From Candidatus Omnitrophota bacterium (GTDB lineage Bacteria; Omnitrophota; Gorgyraeia; 2-01-FULL-45-10): a stretch of DNA of 64,000 nt. The translations under genes were made by a program, and so were the position numbers. This document shows positions 62,579 through 64,000 of the stretch, piece after piece. The DNA lies in assembly GCA_041663425.1 (NCBI GenBank), contig JBAYMS010000005.1:531-64530 (forward strand), written 5' to 3'. Numbering within the stretch: the stretch's first letter is position 1; each line of letters opens with the position of its first letter. Under the pieces are notes generated by a model. It was given only the letters and a program-made list of their open reading frames with translations. It ran no database searches and was not told where the DNA came from.

Positions 62579-63703
62579 ATGTATAATATAGGTATGGATA
62601 AAGTAAATGTCACGATAATAGGAGCGGGGGCGGTAGGTCTCGCTGCGGCATTTGAACTGTCCGGCTCCGAGAAAGATATTTTCGTCATCGAGAAGAATGA
62701 TTCTTTCGGACGCGAAACAAGTTCCAGGAATAGCGAGGTTATTCACGCAGGGATGTATTATCCTCAACATTCCCTAAAAGCAAAAACCTGCGTCATGGGC
62801 CGGGAGCTATTGTATGATTTCTGTACGAAAAATAACGTACCGTTTAAAAAAATAGGAAAACTGATCGTTGCGACGGATAAAGACGAGATCGCAGGATTGG
62901 AAAAGATTTCAACGGATGCAATTGCAAATGGTATAGCGGATTTAAAATTCCTGTCACGTGCTGAGCTGAAAAAGATAGAACCGAACGTAACGGCTGAAGC
63001 TGCTTTATATTCGCCATCTACAGGCATAATAGACTCTCACTCATTCATGAAGCAGCTGGCAGCCATATTCAGAAATCGCGGCGGACAGATAAGCTACAAT
63101 GCCGAAGTTGTTGGTATAAATAAGATGAAAGAAGGCTTCGAGATAACCGTAAGAGATGCGTCCGGGGAGAATTTTAAATTCCTCACCAGGATATTAATAA
63201 ATTCGGCGGGACTATGGTCGGATAAAATCTCCTCAATGGCCGGTATCGATAAAGATGAATACAAATTAAAATATTGCAAAGGCTCTTATTTCCGCGTCGC
63301 AGAGAAGAAGGCAAATTTTATTCAAAGACTCATCTATCCCCTTCCGGAAAAATACAGAACTGGCCTTGGAATACACGCAACGCTGAACATGGCCGGAGGA
63401 ATGCGCATAGGCCCCGATACAGAATATGTAAACGAACCGGACTACGGGGTTAATGAAGCAAAGAAAACTATATTTTGTAATAGTGTTAAAAAATTCCTGC
63501 CGTTCATTGAGATTGCAGATCTGAGCCCCGACACCGCAGGAGTCCGTCCTAAACTTCAGGGGCCCGGAGAAGGATTCAGAGATTTTATTATAAGGAATGA
63601 AACTGCAAATGGCATTCCGGGCCTGATAAACCTCATAGGTATCGAGTCTCCCGGCCTTACCGCATCTATGGCTATTGCAAAGATGGTCAAAGAACTGGTT
63701 TAA
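62579..63703 (+). CDS. FAD-dependent oxidoreductase (L-2-hydroxyglutarate oxidase / glycerol-3-phosphate dehydrogenase-like, DAO family)
   Basis: 374 aa. It has the dinucleotide-binding VTIIGAGAVGLAAAFEL and IEKNDSFGRETSSRNSEVIHAG, typical of LhgO/YgaF-like DAO-family enzymes. The start may be at 62594. Confidence 0.7.
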   Translation: MYNIGMDKVNVTIIGAGAVGLAAAFELSGSEKDIFVIEKNDSFGRETSSRNSEVIHAGMYYPQHSLKAKTCVMGRELLYDFCTKNNVPFKKIGKLIVATDKDEIAGLEKISTDAIANGIADLKFLSRAELKKIEPNVTAEAALYSPSTGIIDSHSFMKQLAAIFRNRGGQISYNAEVVGINKMKEGFEITVRDASGENFKFLTRILINSAGLWSDKISSMAGIDKDEYKLKYCKGSYFRVAEKKANFIQRLIYPLPEKYRTGLGIHATLNMAGGMRIGPDTEYVNEPDYGVNEAKKTIFCNSVKKFLPFIEIADLSPDTAGVRPKLQGPGEGFRDFIIRNETANGIPGLINLIGIESPGLTASMAIAKMVKELV

Positions 63704-63719
63704 CCAAAACCACATTTCT

Positions 63720-64000
63720 CTATTTATACCAATCAGATTGTCCAGGCTGAACAGTGGTATTGGTCGATGAGGTGGTGCTGGTCGACGTTGTAGTACTGGA
63801 CGTGGAAACAGCTGTAGGAGTAGTTGTCGGCTTGACAAGTGAATCGCTGGACGAAGACGAGCTGGATGAGGACGAACCGGACTCTCCCTGAGTCGGATAC
63901 CATCCTTTGCTCTGCAAAAAAGGATACCATTCTTTGCTCTCCGCAAATGCGGGCCCTGAAAAAAATAGTAACAGCGCCGATAGTATAATTAATTTTCGCA
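63720..64000 (-). CDS. Exported Ser/Thr-rich low-complexity protein (N-terminus beyond the window end)
   Basis: Minus-strand translation continues in frame to the window edge as ...KLIILSALLLFFSGPAFAESKEWYPFLQSKGWYPTQGESGSSSSSSSSSSDSLVKPTTTPTAVSTSSTTTSTSTTSSTNTTVQPGQSDWYK. This is a signal peptide plus SK(E/G)WYP repeats. The start codon is beyond 64000. Confidence 0.45.
   Translation of the reverse strand, partial: RKLIILSALLLFFSGPAFAESKEWYPFLQSKGWYPTQGESGSSSSSSSSSSDSLVKPTTTPTAVSTSSTTTSTSTTSSTNTTVQPGQSDWYK

Noticed and set aside
62579-62594. First Met of the oxidoreductase ORF (MYNIGM...)
   Set aside because: The first codons ATGTATAAT coincide with a perfect extended -10 element. The second Met (MDKVNVTIIGAG) gives the canonical Rossmann-fold start. 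The shorter start is considered more likely, but the longer ORF is kept in the feature table because it cannot be excluded.

Overview
This is a dense, AT-rich bacterial chromosomal window of about 64 kb. Roughly 60 of 62 genes are on the minus strand; only smpB, the tmRNA and one FAD oxidoreductase are on the plus strand. No CRISPR array, integrase, transposase or phage gene is recognisable. Contents in order:

- **1-1260:** a 5'-truncated UvrD/PcrA-type helicase.
- **4.8-14.3 kb:** one long overlapping minus-strand operon for envelope glycan (LPS-like) biosynthesis. It contains an Isf-type iron-sulfur flavoprotein, a flavodoxin-like reductase, a radical-SAM/SPASM-like enzyme, a DegT aminotransferase, a TMTC-like GT-C/TPR transferase, a GT9 heptosyltransferase, an acyltransferase, a WbuC cupin and an HD-GYP phosphodiesterase.
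- **14.3-14.5 kb:** tRNA-Arg(TCT) and tRNA-Pro(TGG).
- **14.5-21.4 kb:** a housekeeping block of rdgB, rph, a two-subunit class I fumarase, queF-queE-queC-queD, murI and an AmiC-type amidase, followed by tRNA-Leu(CAG) and a duplicated 23-bp copy of the tRNA 5' end.
- **21.6-22.5 kb:** smpB and tmRNA.
- **22.7-25.9 kb:** a three-gene module of YdjC-family deacetylase, GT2 and ArnT-like GT-C. It resembles the Bordetella lgmABC / Francisella flmF2-naxD-flmK lipid A hexosamine modification systems.
- **25.9-31.9 kb:** a nickel/cobalt module of cbiMNQO-type ECF transporter, an OprB-like porin, hypA and nikR. The ATPase carries a His-rich tail and a 25-bp palindrome sits upstream of nikR. The heptose epimerase hldD is interposed between hypA and nikR.
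- **32.0-36.9 kb:** a Zur-type zinc module of znuABC plus CPCC-motif, His/Cys-TPR and CcdA-like accessory genes.
- **37.0-47.0 kb:** tandem acetate-kinase paralogs (one degenerate), an M20 peptidase, an XRE-cupin regulator, then gcvT-H-PA-PB with lipoate ligase and lipA.
- **47.1-53.6 kb:** CorC, MarC, DUF2934 and two GH57 alpha-glucan enzymes plus DUF4912.
- **53.6-57.0 kb:** paralogous peptidoglycan-binding coiled-coil lipoproteins interleaved with a repeated hairpin-containing intergenic element.
- **57.0-64.0 kb:** DhnA-type aldolase, GTP-PEPCK, Zn-ADH, flavodoxin, two repeat-containing hypothetical proteins and an FAD oxidoreductase.

The most novel-looking candidate is the radical-SAM + DegT + dedicated flavoprotein-reductant module embedded in the glycan operon. 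It may be an O2-independent keto/amino-sugar forming system.
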